64,000 nt of DNA from Candidatus Hydrothermarchaeum profundi (GCA_002011125.2 MTMF02000009.1:904989-968988); one strand, 5' to 3'; positions 29,201 through 37,743 are shown, counted from the first letter of the stretch. Numbers and translations: made by a program. The notes: generated from the sequence alone by a model not told the origin.

Positions 29201-29966
29201 ATCCGCATATGGGTTAGAATCTCAGTACTCTCTCAACAAGTTTGTCAAAGTAGATATAACCAAGACTAACGACGGCTCTGGAGCTAATGTCTCATGGGCC
29301 CTTCTAAAGATATATTACAGCGAGGAAGATTTGGATAGAACAGGGGATGGTGAAGGAGGGCAATCTGGGGATATCAGTGAAGATTCTCTCCGGCTATACT
29401 GGTATTCTGAAAGCGAAGAAAAATGGATACCGCTAAGTCAGGAGGTAGGGCTAGTTGAGAAAGGAGCTCCCGATGTTTACAGCAGTGGTATTAATAAAGC
29501 TGAAAACTATATCTGGGCAAACTTGTCTCATTTTTCTGTTTACGGGGTAGCAGGGGATCCGATAACAGAGGGGTACAATAGCGGTAGTGGATATTCACGT
29601 CCACCAGTAGTGTTTCTCGCAAATTCTATTGACGGAAATATCTCCAAGAGCTTCATTTCATTTTTAGAAAAAAATGGAGTAAAAATAATACACGTAGATG
29701 CATCCAATTTCTCGGAATTCAAAAAAAGGAGGTATATCCTTATATTAGGAGGGCCAGATGCATACGAAGGAGTGGGAGACATTGTTAGCGGAATTCTAAC
29801 AGAAAATGAGAAGGAAGCCATTAGAAAAGGAGAAAAAAAGCTGTATATAAGTGATAACGTTTGGGAAGACTTCCAAACAGTAATACTTCTCGCGGGCAGA
29901 GATCGGTGGGCAACAAGAGAAGTTTGTGAAGAAAATAAATATGAGGTCCTAAGAAAAATAAGGTAG
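23229..29966 (+). CDS. Large cell-surface adhesin/S-layer-associated protein (FG-GAP propeller, cadherin/Ig-like repeats, F5/8C discoidin, PKD, CARDB, C-terminal S-layer-like domain)
   Basis: Signal peptide; repeated SSPA.GD.DGDG..E+VVGS; N.NDPP Ig linkers; NIALGK.ATASS..RAVDGN..W; LNGSGSYDPEGD; KPDL..E.NESNN; LANSID..ILGGPDAYEGVG..AGRDR..T tail; ATG 23229 (GTG 23214 alternative). Confidence 0.85.
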   Translation: MSCNRLKAIKYLIAIICLIYLYPSVYALGNQTGWPYYVGNSLSSPIIVNLDGNLSTGLEIVLSRGPGIHQGRGRVYAFYYTNETLFPSGYLEVSTDGESIGPPAVGDLMGDGKLSVVVGSSLGKIYAWYYNGSGVLNQSGLFTVTGNNIQSSPVLVDLDSNISNGLEILVGLENGSLQAWYSNGSLMWSKSVGGAIYSISVADLDGDSAIEIVAGSGDSKVYALHWDGAPVSGWPVDTGGPVVASPATCDLDRDGYPEIITGSEDFKVYAWRHDGTALAGWPVTTYNYVESSPSCGDLNGDGYLEVVVGSRDHSVYVWNYNGTLLDGWPKSTEGNVDSSPALGDVDGDGSVDVVVGSSDGKVYAWSFNGSNIEGWPIQVDSQVGSSPAIGDTDLDNKTEVIVTTQGAWIYVWETGVYNKSKVLWPMFRQNPAQTASVHPIVKIISPQVIGWFGAYEDSLFSLNLSSITFPYHSAVTFNGSAFYPNGEILAYHWSSDINGSIGNSSDFIIETLKRGYHRITLTISTDDGSSGSATGDLFIYNGQVNFSDNTSLFEINSSTGYISFIPDNWQVGDYGINITVSDSEGVLGSKTFYLTIFNTNDPPLINTTSPQTIVNEDTIWSYDFNATDDDVDAGYGDTLTWYVNNTKISIDPSTGFATWIPGNSEVGYTTINITVEDSEGESDTLIFDVYVNNTNDPPVLEHIGPQTAITNHTFYLKINASDIDKGDNDTLIFSDDTPLFDINSTTGEINFTPTLSQAGNTYFVNISVRDSSGAVDYEIVQFFIDYEIKELDVSCSLNKENYYVNENVTLECTVTNYYGQNATADIVQAIITTPCGEVWKNLTRVGDNIYKAIIDDSFIQGNYTLTIYANKSNYTSGEATLSFEALPPATWHYYKNVTVNSGTSERENAPIKLELNFTYEISSVGGSGTFDNNSIRIYEVDSQGNEVAEVEYLFEKSTGEPGATNIALGKTATASSSYGGGYEPWRAVDGNKNTMWGTDCGSCGCENWLKIDLGEKRDLSSVKIIGWEGYSHPKDYTIQVSEDDITYTTVITVVGSSTYSSTHQFPPGVSGRWVKISITDNGGAYGWCSETYVEELEVYPLINAYNASTNAIGNLTWILKNITPPNSDRFYQIRFDTIENGEKKAPGYQVNYSGLQPAEGLNIYEYSTYFNQPPIALIEANNSTLRNRPLTLNGSGSYDPEGDELQYIWNLGDCSRGLGEYIVHTFTANTSSDLGVKNVTLSVYDKEGGAGIGSFLVEVSNEPPTLYLGNMTFIEDNFSVFYVNASDIDQLSFSATIIPNLTKFNINATGAISFTPDNWDVGNYTVNVSVSDGLVTVSDTASLEIVNVNDPPALEEIGKLNATQDEPFYYDVNASDDDIIHGDVLSFYDNTTLFDINESTGVISFTPNNSDVGIYSINISVTDGEEWDFEEILFRVANINDPPNITQHYPQYNPTINETQNFTFNVTAIDPDGDPLFYTWYLDGSKVADASGSSWTYQSDYNSSGVHEVKAIVDDISLAAHVSWNITVLNVNRPPIITILSPTNHSYYIESQKIEIVSSAQDPDGDQLNYSIMLDGVEISNDSNYSYTWSYESAGNHTINITVTDSNGASASESIVVFVTEPDISLNSSEVYFSDSLVDGRRVLITATVSNLGNASTSQLYLFFYDGNITSGGYIGKQVFTLQPYSVTNVSVYWTPSYGNHTITLYADPNQVAPNYETSSENNLATKEVYVKAKPDLAIYPENIIIKDSNLVEGDNISIEATIINENETDVSSFIAELRVDNIVKATKELSVSGNSNTTTSFSWIVLEGEQEISIVIDPEDVIDEGNESNNQASVKITGTRGSIDLTPPVIRVFNPSNGSSINIFNNTVKGEVSDRSGIDNITLKLNGDMVDSWNTPGTFLEKVSYSLGKNIIEIIATDALGHSSTKEVEVEVLAPYASFLKNASEKEFLEVDVRNLTSTLIEFMPETDSLLNITIEAGREPSDLSARPMTSAYGLESQYSLNKFVKVDITKTNDGSGANVSWALLKIYYSEEDLDRTGDGEGGQSGDISEDSLRLYWYSESEEKWIPLSQEVGLVEKGAPDVYSSGINKAENYIWANLSHFSVYGVAGDPITEGYNSGSGYSRPPVVFLANSIDGNISKSFISFLEKNGVKIIHVDASNFSEFKKRRYILILGGPDAYEGVGDIVSGILTENEKEAIRKGEKKLYISDNVWEDFQTVILLAGRDRWATREVCEENKYEVLRKIR

Positions 29967-29975
29967 GTGTTGTGA

Positions 29976-31484
29976 GTGAAGAGTAATATTTTTCTCCCTA
30001 TTCTTATCCTCACTCTTACTTTTTCCGGAGTTAGTGCAGCAAGTTGGGTGCATTTAGATTATGACTGGGAGGGTGATGGTAATGATACAAGCACTATTGG
30101 AGTTGACCCTCCTCAGAAATGGGAAGGCTGTTTCGCATGTCATGAAAACGGAATATGGCCTGGTAAAACACGGATATGCGAAGACTGCCATTTAGAAGGC
30201 GGATTAGGGCCCTTTAATAGTACTGGGACAGGGGAACACTTCCAGTATAGGCTCAGAGAGGATTATAATGCTAGAAAAGTTTACCAGCATTATTTTGGTG
30301 CACCGGTAGGTGTTCCATCTCAAAGGATAAGCGGTGCAGCCGTAACTTCTTCAACATGTTTTGGATACAACAATAATACCGGCGAGGGTAGATGTCATGG
30401 CATATCAAGTGCGCATCCTATTGATGGATATTATTCTTTTGACACCAGTAAAACCCTTAATCAAAGTGACCCCTATACCTTTACTGTAAAAGAGCATCTC
30501 CCAGATACTAATAACTGCTTATACTGTCACAGGCAGGAAAATGAAACCATAAGAATAGCGTGGGGGAATGCGAGTTTTCTAGGAGATCATTATAATTCCA
30601 CGGATAACACAGACTGTTATAGTTGTCATGTTGAGAGGGGGGTTAAGCCTATTTCATTTCACAGAGTTATAGTTAAACTGGCAGAAGGTCAGTCCGAAGA
30701 GACCTCACTACCTATCATAGGAGGAGGGGGATCACCAGCTACCGTTGAATCTGATCCCTTTAAAAGCGGAGTTAGCATCCTAACTACGGAACTTCTAAGG
30801 CAGATTATTATAGAAAAAAACCTAAGGTATGCAGATACTTTTGATGGGCCAAAAACCCTGGTTGGTCCCCTTATATTACTTGGAATGTATCCAAATCCTG
30901 AGGATCCTGGAGCATTAAGGGCTATGGCAAAAACCTCAGAAAAAATTCGAGAAGATGTATACAACATATCTGCCTATAGAGTCCTACAAAAATTCGATTC
31001 AACTGACTCACTAATTTTAGCGAGAGGAGACCTAGAAGTTGACTCTATGGCTGCTATCGCATACGCTAAGTCTGCGGGAATCCCGATATTACTAACTCGT
31101 CCAACCGATTTGCCTCGAAGTACCCTTAGTGCGATATCAAAGTTAAATCCAAAAAAGATCATAATAGTAGGGGGCCCAGTTGCTGTTTCTAAGGAAGTTG
31201 AAACAGCACTAGCGTCTATCGCTAAAGTAGAAAGAATCCAAGGGAAGAACCGTGTTGAAACGTCAATCGAGATTGCAAAGAGATCTTCTTCCAGTATTAT
31301 AGTTATTACTAGCGCTGCTTTCCCGAGCACAGACGCAGCCTTTATATCCTATATCTATGGAGCTCCGATTATATACGTCGATCCCACTGGCCCTTCTAAC
31401 GCTGTGAAAGAATACTTTTCCTCGCTTAGAGGGGTGAAAGTAGTATTAGTGGGCGTGGATACCGAATTACTTAAAGAACTATAG
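29976..31484 (+). CDS. Multiheme cytochrome c fused to cell-wall-binding repeat 2 (CWB2)-like domains
   Basis: Signal peptide; 4 CxxCH plus CX11CH; ARGD..VDS+AA..YA....PILLT..LP, IIIVGGPVAVS, ERI.G.NR.ETS. Confidence 0.82.
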   Translation: MKSNIFLPILILTLTFSGVSAASWVHLDYDWEGDGNDTSTIGVDPPQKWEGCFACHENGIWPGKTRICEDCHLEGGLGPFNSTGTGEHFQYRLREDYNARKVYQHYFGAPVGVPSQRISGAAVTSSTCFGYNNNTGEGRCHGISSAHPIDGYYSFDTSKTLNQSDPYTFTVKEHLPDTNNCLYCHRQENETIRIAWGNASFLGDHYNSTDNTDCYSCHVERGVKPISFHRVIVKLAEGQSEETSLPIIGGGGSPATVESDPFKSGVSILTTELLRQIIIEKNLRYADTFDGPKTLVGPLILLGMYPNPEDPGALRAMAKTSEKIREDVYNISAYRVLQKFDSTDSLILARGDLEVDSMAAIAYAKSAGIPILLTRPTDLPRSTLSAISKLNPKKIIIVGGPVAVSKEVETALASIAKVERIQGKNRVETSIEIAKRSSSSIIVITSAAFPSTDAAFISYIYGAPIIYVDPTGPSNAVKEYFSSLRGVKVVLVGVDTELLKEL

Positions 31485-31635
31485 AGTAACATGCATATTC
31501 TGCCACACAAGATCTAATATAAGCACTACGGTTTCTAAAAATTTAGCAACATACAAAACAAGCTTATTGTTCGTTTTTACAAATTCTTAAAAGAAACTCT
31601 TATATTTAGAATAAGAGACTATACTTGGAGGAAGG

Positions 31636-34600
31636 ATGTCTATAATCAAAATAGCCGCAATATTAGTTATCCTTGCTTTGCTGTTATCGGCTGGAGATGC
31701 GTATGCAGCTCAGATTAATGAATCTACCGGTCCAGGAGGCTATGGCTGGCAGCAGGTATATGATGTCCCTCCAGGTGCCAAAACAACTGCGGTAACTGCT
31801 ACCAGAATAACAGGTTCTGCAGATAGGAAGTACTACGACTATGGATACAAAAAGATTCAGATCTCAGGGAGATATGAAAACTATTGGTCAACCGACTCTG
31901 GATGGTGGTATGTAAGTGGAACATCTCCAAACATCTATATAACAATATATGATAATGCTAGCAATGTTGTTGTTGGTCCTGATCTAGGCGTTTCTACTAC
32001 AAGAGGCTTGGGCACATACAATTATACGTGGGGATCAAGCTCTAACGAAACGCCTGGAGAGTGGACAGTACTAGTTAGAAACCAATCATCGCCAACGGGG
32101 TCTATAGTAGCTCAGTTCAAAATATTTGTGCGTGGGCAGTTGAATGTTACTGCGATATCAGTAAACTCCACATCTCCCAGAGTTGGAGATACATTGCTAA
32201 TCAATGCAACCCTTAAAGATCATACAAACGCTCTTGTAGGGAGCACCTCTCTTGGTTCTGGGCAGGTTACAGCGTATATTGTTGGGCCAGGAGAAAATTC
32301 TGAGGTTGCCCTTTCGGATGCAGATGATGATGGTTACTGGACCGGAGAGTTCACCCCAAATACCTATGGAGATTATATCATTGTCGTCAAAGCAACAGAT
32401 GGCCATAATAAGTGGATTGATGGCAGAGGAAGCCAGAAAATAGCAGTCACAGGTAGTTTTCCATCTTCATTTTTCGGGTCACTCTTTAGGGGAATAATAG
32501 GATTATTTATCGTTTTTTGGCTGTTGAGGAGTTCTACAAAAAAAAAGTTTAGTATCTTTTTTATTATAGCGTTGCTGATTCTCGTCGGAGGGGTAAGTGC
32601 TATAGATACCGGGAGATATAACATATCTAAGCCTAATTTAGAGATAGAAGGCTCTACTACTGCAAATCAACTTGACTCAACAGCGCGGGGATGCATCACT
32701 AGTGTAGATAATTCTTCATGCCATCTTAGGGACAATAATTTTGGTACAGGAGACTATCAACAAAGAGGGACAACAGATTTGAGTGGGGTAACTCATCCAG
32801 GTGCTAATAGAGATGTAGCAGGTTTTTTTCCAGACTGGGTGCATATGCATCATGGCGGTAGCAATTGGCCGCAGTGGTATTGGGATATAACAGGGACGAC
32901 CGGTAACGATGCTAGTGGACTGGCCAATATAACGTCTCCAAGGGTAAGTAGTTTGGCGAAAGGTAATGGCGATGCGCAGATAGGATCTGGCTTTGACGCG
33001 GCATTTAATAGAACGCATTATGATGCAGATAGAGACGCATATGAATCCTTGCCTTTTCTAGGTCAGCCCTACGATATTGGAGGAAATAATCCTCAAATGC
33101 CAAAAAGCTGTACGTATGGCGCACAACCAGCGTTGGGAGGTGTTGCAGAGCCTTTCCCCGATCAAGAATCTCTAGGATGTCACGGTACTAGAGAGTTAGG
33201 AGATACTCTAGCTAGAGATTACCCGAGAAGCGATAATGTGAACTGTACTGATTGTCATGGCTCTATAACCGTTCAAAGCACCAATACGAAGCATGGTAGT
33301 GTTGCAGGTGCAAATTGCACATCATGCCATAATGCATACTATAATAGTAGTGTTTCCAAATACCAGTTAGATGGTTCTACTAATATAACAGTATATTATT
33401 GTGCAAACTCGACTTGCCATCAATCTTCTGTAATTACTCCATTAAACACTTCATATCTACATGCTGGAAGAGACTGCCGCTATTGTCATGGTCATGGCCA
33501 TAATATAACAAGCACACCAAAAAGCACTCCCTCTCTGTGGTGGAATACTACCTGCGGGAGTCAAGACGATACGTGCCATGGTAGCGGGGCGCCTTCTCCG
33601 AGAAATGTAGGTGTAGTGCAACATAATGTGACAAACCCCTTCTCGTCACCGCCCAATTGTACCGATTGCCATTCTTATACTTCGTCTGCTCATAACGTAT
33701 CCTCTATACCAGCATGTAGCAAATGTCACAACACTACTTCTACTTGGGGAAAAGCAAGAGCAAATCAGAGTGTACCCAACTGGATAAGCTCACAGACAAA
33801 TAACATGACTCATGGCGACCTTGGTAGAGGAAATAGAAGCAATCTCTCCTGCAACTTCTGTCATAATGATACTAGCTATCATTTTCCTGGATATAGAAAT
33901 ACCAACTATGAGACACAGGGATGTAATAATACTTTATGTCATGGTAATGCAAGTAGTTCTCTCATGGCAAGCAATCTGACTCAGATAAACCGTAGTCATT
34001 CTAATCTAAATTGCAAAGCATGTCACAACAACCAGACTATTTATAGCGAGTCTAGTAATAAGACTTTGGGACCTATAACTATAGATACGAATATACATGC
34101 AAGTAATTCATCTTGGCTAATACCCTTCAATGTTACTACTAGAGGATATGTTACGAACACAACATGCCTGAACTGCCATAACAACAGAACCTATATAGAT
34201 CAAAGTCTAAATTGCACTGGGTGTCATGGGATAAATGGCAAGTTAAATGTCCATACAGATCTTAATGTTGAAGCAACTGTTGGAGACGGCATCCACAATA
34301 CTGGAGACTGTGGCGCATGCCACGCTGATCCATCAAGAGATATTTTCGTTAATTTTTCTGCGGTGAATGAGAGTGTTCATCGTAACTTGAATGTGAATGC
34401 CTCGAATTCTACGCCTTTGTCTTGGGGTAATGTTACTAAGGCGTGTTGGGCTTGTCATGGTAATGGCTCGCAGCCTAGTGGGCATCCGAGTAATTATAAG
34501 ACGCCTTGGAACTGTACTTATTGTCATACCCGTAATGCCTCTGGTCTGGGTAATTTTTCTGCTCCCTTGGTGTATGAGCATTTTGATAATGAGAGTACGC

Positions 34601-37600
34601 TGGTGAATATTGATATTAATGTCTCGGTTGGCTGTGTGGATTGTCATAATAATAGTGTTGTGGATGCTAATGACACCTTGTATAGGTCTATTGTTCAGAC
34701 TGGGAGGTCTAATGTCTCGCATTATGGTTCTAGTAGTGGTCTTTTGCCTGGTGGTCAGCCTTCTCGTAATTGTACGGCTTGTCATAGGAATCAGACTACC
34801 GCGAAGACTTGGGGGATCCGGGATAGGTATCCTTTCACTAATAATATCTTTGGTAATCGTACTATTAGGCATTCTGGGAATGAGACTAACTCTGATGATT
34901 CCACGTATTGTGTGAAGTGTCATAATACTTCTACGTCTTCTTCTGGCTTTTTTGACGGTAGCCCGGATGTGAGCTTGCTTGTTAATCTGCATTCTGAGCA
35001 GCTTTTTGGGGCTACGCCTCCGGGTAAGGTTGCTAGCGTGCACTTTTATTTTGACTGGGAGGGTGATGATTCTGCTGAGTATCCTCCTGGTAATGGTAGC
35101 GTGGAGAATAAGGCTTATGAGAGTTGTCCGGCTTGTCATAATAATACTGGTCTTACTGGTGAGGGTGCGGATGCTGCTAATGCGAAGGTTTGTGAGGATT
35201 GTCACGTGATTAATGAGTCTCTCGGTAAGCCTAATGGCCCTTATCCTGGCCCTGTTGGGCCTTCGGGTCCCTTGGTGAATAAGTTTGTGTTGAGGTCTGA
35301 TTATGATAATGCCTCTGTTCCTGTGGTGAAGGAGCATATTAACGCTACAGACTACTACACTGGAACCGAGATAAATGTCACTACTAATCTTTCTGAGATA
35401 TTTGGCAGTACCTTGAAGCGTTCTACTTCTTGTGTCGGCTATAATGCTACCTCTGGCGAGGGAAGCTGTCATGGCGTCTCATGGGAGTTTAGGGGTAGTG
35501 CTGGAAGCTTTTTCGCTTTTAATAGGAATAGGAGCGTGAATGAGTCTAATGCTACTTATCATTATCAGCTTATCGTTGACTATTTGCCTGACACCCGGAA
35601 CTGTACCTTCTGCCATCTTAGCACGGATGAGAACCTTAGAAAAGCCTGGGGAAACGCCACATATATACCAAATAGTACTGTTAGGGCTCACAATGAAACA
35701 AGTAATTCTCAGTGCTATGATTGTCATGCAGGTGGAACAGCTCCATATAATTTCCATACTACTTCAGTTAATCCTGGAATAGGTGGGGCAGACTGTGGAT
35801 CAGCAGGGTGCCATGCGGATTCTTCGAAAAATATCTGGGTTAATTTTTCTGCGGTGAATGAGAGTGTTCATCGTAACTTGAATGTGAATGCCTCGAATTC
35901 TACGCCTTTGTCTTGGGGTAATGTTACTAAGGCGTGTTGGGCTTGTCATGGTAATGGCTCGCAGCCTAGTGGGCATCCGAGTAATTATAAGACGCCTTGG
36001 AACTGTACTTATTGTCATACCCGTAATGCCTCTGGTCTGGGTAATTTTTCTGCTCCCTTGGTGTATGAGCATTTTGATAATGAGAGTACGCTGGTGAATA
36101 TTGATATTAATGTCTCGGTTGGCTGTGTGGATTGTCATAATAATAGTGTTGTGGATGCTAATGACACCTTGTATAGGTCTATTGTTCAGACTGGGAGGTC
36201 TAATGTCTCGCATTATGGTTCTAGTAGTGGTCTTTTGCCTGGTGGTCAGCCTTCTCGTAATTGTACGGCTTGTCATAGGAATCAGACTACCGCGAAGACT
36301 TGGGGGATCCGGGATAGGTATCCTTTCACTAATAATATCTTTGGTAATCGTACTATTAGGCATTCTGGGAATGAGACTAACTCTGATGATTCCACGTATT
36401 GTGTGAAGTGTCATAATACTTCTACGTCTTCTTCTGGCTTTTTTGACGGTAGCCCGGATGTGAGCTTGCTTGTTAATCTGCATTCTGAGCAGCTTTTTGG
36501 GGCTACGCCTCCGGGTAAGGTTGCTAGCGTGCACTTTTATTTTGACTGGGAGGGTGATGATTCTGCTGAGTATCCTCCTGGTAATGGTAGCGTGGAGAAT
36601 AAGGCTTATGAGAGTTGTCCGGCTTGTCATAATAATACTGGTCTTACTGGTGAGGGTGCGGATGCTGCTAATGCGAAGGTTTGTGAGGATTGTCACGTGA
36701 TTAATGAGTCTCTCGGTAAGCCTAATGGCCCTTATCCTGGCCCTGTTGGGCCTTCGGGTCCCTTGGTGAATAAGTTTGTGTTGAGGTCTGATTATGATAA
36801 TGCCTCTGTTCCTGTGGTGAAGGAGCATATTAACGCTACAGACTACTACACTGGAACCGAGATAAATGTCACTACTAATCTTTCTGAGATATTTGGCAGT
36901 ACCTTGAAGCGTTCTACTTCTTGTGTCGGCTATAATGCTACCTCTGGCGAGGGAAGCTGTCATGGCGTCTCATGGGAGTTTAGGGGTAGTGCTGGAAGCT
37001 TTTTCGCTTTTAATAGGAATAGGAGCGTGAATGAGTCTAATGCTACTTATCATTATCAGCTTATCGTTGACTATTTGCCTGACACCCGGAACTGTACCTT
37101 CTGCCATCTTAGCACGGATGAGAACCTTAGAAAAGCCTGGGGAAACGCCACATATATACCAAATAGTACTAAGCAGTCACATTCAACATCTCTAACTAAC
37201 ACAGAGTGTTATGGCTGTCATACCGAGGATAATCAAGCCCCATACAATTTCCATAGCGCTACACTAGCAACCACTAATTGTAGAGGATGTCATTTTAGTT
37301 GGACAACCATGAATAATACGAAGAACGCACCTACTAAATACGTCAATCAGACTCTTTTCAATACGAGCGTGCACGGTAATAGTTCTGTGATAGATTGTCA
37401 AGACTGTCATACAGGAAGCCATGGGACCTTTGAATCTGGTGGTGGTCCAGAAGAGTACACCTGGAAGTGGTGTGAATGTTGTCATACGGTTATGCCTACC
37501 TATGCAAATAAAACTCCAATAATTTCAACTGGGATAGGATTGAGACACAATTTGACGCGAAAGCCCCAATACCTCTATTATAATATATCAGGCACACTTC

Positions 37601-37743
37601 AAACTCCTCTAGAGATAACGACTTGTACGACTTGTCATGATTCGACGCTTTATAACAACGCTAAGGCTAATTTCAACCGTTCTGCCTCAAAGGATTGTAC
37701 CTACTGCCATCCTTTCCCAGATAAACTGCCAGGAGGGGACTAA
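31636..37743 (+). CDS. Large multiheme cytochrome c (2035 aa) fused behind an Ig-like/TM module
   Basis: GGAGG SD; 33 CxxCH (hand count) plus 3 CX4CH, CX6CH, CX8CH, 2 CX11CH and CX22CH; two internal hydrophobic segments near aa 280-325. Confidence 0.92.
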   Translation: MSIIKIAAILVILALLLSAGDAYAAQINESTGPGGYGWQQVYDVPPGAKTTAVTATRITGSADRKYYDYGYKKIQISGRYENYWSTDSGWWYVSGTSPNIYITIYDNASNVVVGPDLGVSTTRGLGTYNYTWGSSSNETPGEWTVLVRNQSSPTGSIVAQFKIFVRGQLNVTAISVNSTSPRVGDTLLINATLKDHTNALVGSTSLGSGQVTAYIVGPGENSEVALSDADDDGYWTGEFTPNTYGDYIIVVKATDGHNKWIDGRGSQKIAVTGSFPSSFFGSLFRGIIGLFIVFWLLRSSTKKKFSIFFIIALLILVGGVSAIDTGRYNISKPNLEIEGSTTANQLDSTARGCITSVDNSSCHLRDNNFGTGDYQQRGTTDLSGVTHPGANRDVAGFFPDWVHMHHGGSNWPQWYWDITGTTGNDASGLANITSPRVSSLAKGNGDAQIGSGFDAAFNRTHYDADRDAYESLPFLGQPYDIGGNNPQMPKSCTYGAQPALGGVAEPFPDQESLGCHGTRELGDTLARDYPRSDNVNCTDCHGSITVQSTNTKHGSVAGANCTSCHNAYYNSSVSKYQLDGSTNITVYYCANSTCHQSSVITPLNTSYLHAGRDCRYCHGHGHNITSTPKSTPSLWWNTTCGSQDDTCHGSGAPSPRNVGVVQHNVTNPFSSPPNCTDCHSYTSSAHNVSSIPACSKCHNTTSTWGKARANQSVPNWISSQTNNMTHGDLGRGNRSNLSCNFCHNDTSYHFPGYRNTNYETQGCNNTLCHGNASSSLMASNLTQINRSHSNLNCKACHNNQTIYSESSNKTLGPITIDTNIHASNSSWLIPFNVTTRGYVTNTTCLNCHNNRTYIDQSLNCTGCHGINGKLNVHTDLNVEATVGDGIHNTGDCGACHADPSRDIFVNFSAVNESVHRNLNVNASNSTPLSWGNVTKACWACHGNGSQPSGHPSNYKTPWNCTYCHTRNASGLGNFSAPLVYEHFDNESTLVNIDINVSVGCVDCHNNSVVDANDTLYRSIVQTGRSNVSHYGSSSGLLPGGQPSRNCTACHRNQTTAKTWGIRDRYPFTNNIFGNRTIRHSGNETNSDDSTYCVKCHNTSTSSSGFFDGSPDVSLLVNLHSEQLFGATPPGKVASVHFYFDWEGDDSAEYPPGNGSVENKAYESCPACHNNTGLTGEGADAANAKVCEDCHVINESLGKPNGPYPGPVGPSGPLVNKFVLRSDYDNASVPVVKEHINATDYYTGTEINVTTNLSEIFGSTLKRSTSCVGYNATSGEGSCHGVSWEFRGSAGSFFAFNRNRSVNESNATYHYQLIVDYLPDTRNCTFCHLSTDENLRKAWGNATYIPNSTVRAHNETSNSQCYDCHAGGTAPYNFHTTSVNPGIGGADCGSAGCHADSSKNIWVNFSAVNESVHRNLNVNASNSTPLSWGNVTKACWACHGNGSQPSGHPSNYKTPWNCTYCHTRNASGLGNFSAPLVYEHFDNESTLVNIDINVSVGCVDCHNNSVVDANDTLYRSIVQTGRSNVSHYGSSSGLLPGGQPSRNCTACHRNQTTAKTWGIRDRYPFTNNIFGNRTIRHSGNETNSDDSTYCVKCHNTSTSSSGFFDGSPDVSLLVNLHSEQLFGATPPGKVASVHFYFDWEGDDSAEYPPGNGSVENKAYESCPACHNNTGLTGEGADAANAKVCEDCHVINESLGKPNGPYPGPVGPSGPLVNKFVLRSDYDNASVPVVKEHINATDYYTGTEINVTTNLSEIFGSTLKRSTSCVGYNATSGEGSCHGVSWEFRGSAGSFFAFNRNRSVNESNATYHYQLIVDYLPDTRNCTFCHLSTDENLRKAWGNATYIPNSTKQSHSTSLTNTECYGCHTEDNQAPYNFHSATLATTNCRGCHFSWTTMNNTKNAPTKYVNQTLFNTSVHGNSSVIDCQDCHTGSHGTFESGGGPEEYTWKWCECCHTVMPTYANKTPIISTGIGLRHNLTRKPQYLYYNISGTLQTPLEITTCTTCHDSTLYNNAKANFNRSASKDCTYCHPFPDKLPGGD
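34348..35679 (+). repeat. Direct repeat copy 1 (1332 bp, period 1491 bp)
   Basis: Appears identical to 35839-37170; 159-bp unique spacer; in frame. Confidence 0.93.
35839..37170 (+). repeat. Direct repeat copy 2 (1332 bp)
   Basis: Appears identical to 34348-35679. Confidence 0.93.

Noticed and set aside
34333-36963. Long antisense ORFs (379 and 387 aa) as real overlapping genes
   Set aside because: With no NNA codons on the sense strand, no antisense codon starts with T, so stops cannot occur. The products lack F/W/Y/C over most of their length. An antisense gene would only need TTA/CTA/TCA avoidance.
34348-37170. Diversity-generating retroelement TR/VR pair
   Set aside because: The copies are identical rather than differing at adenines, both are coding, and no reverse transcriptase is in the window.
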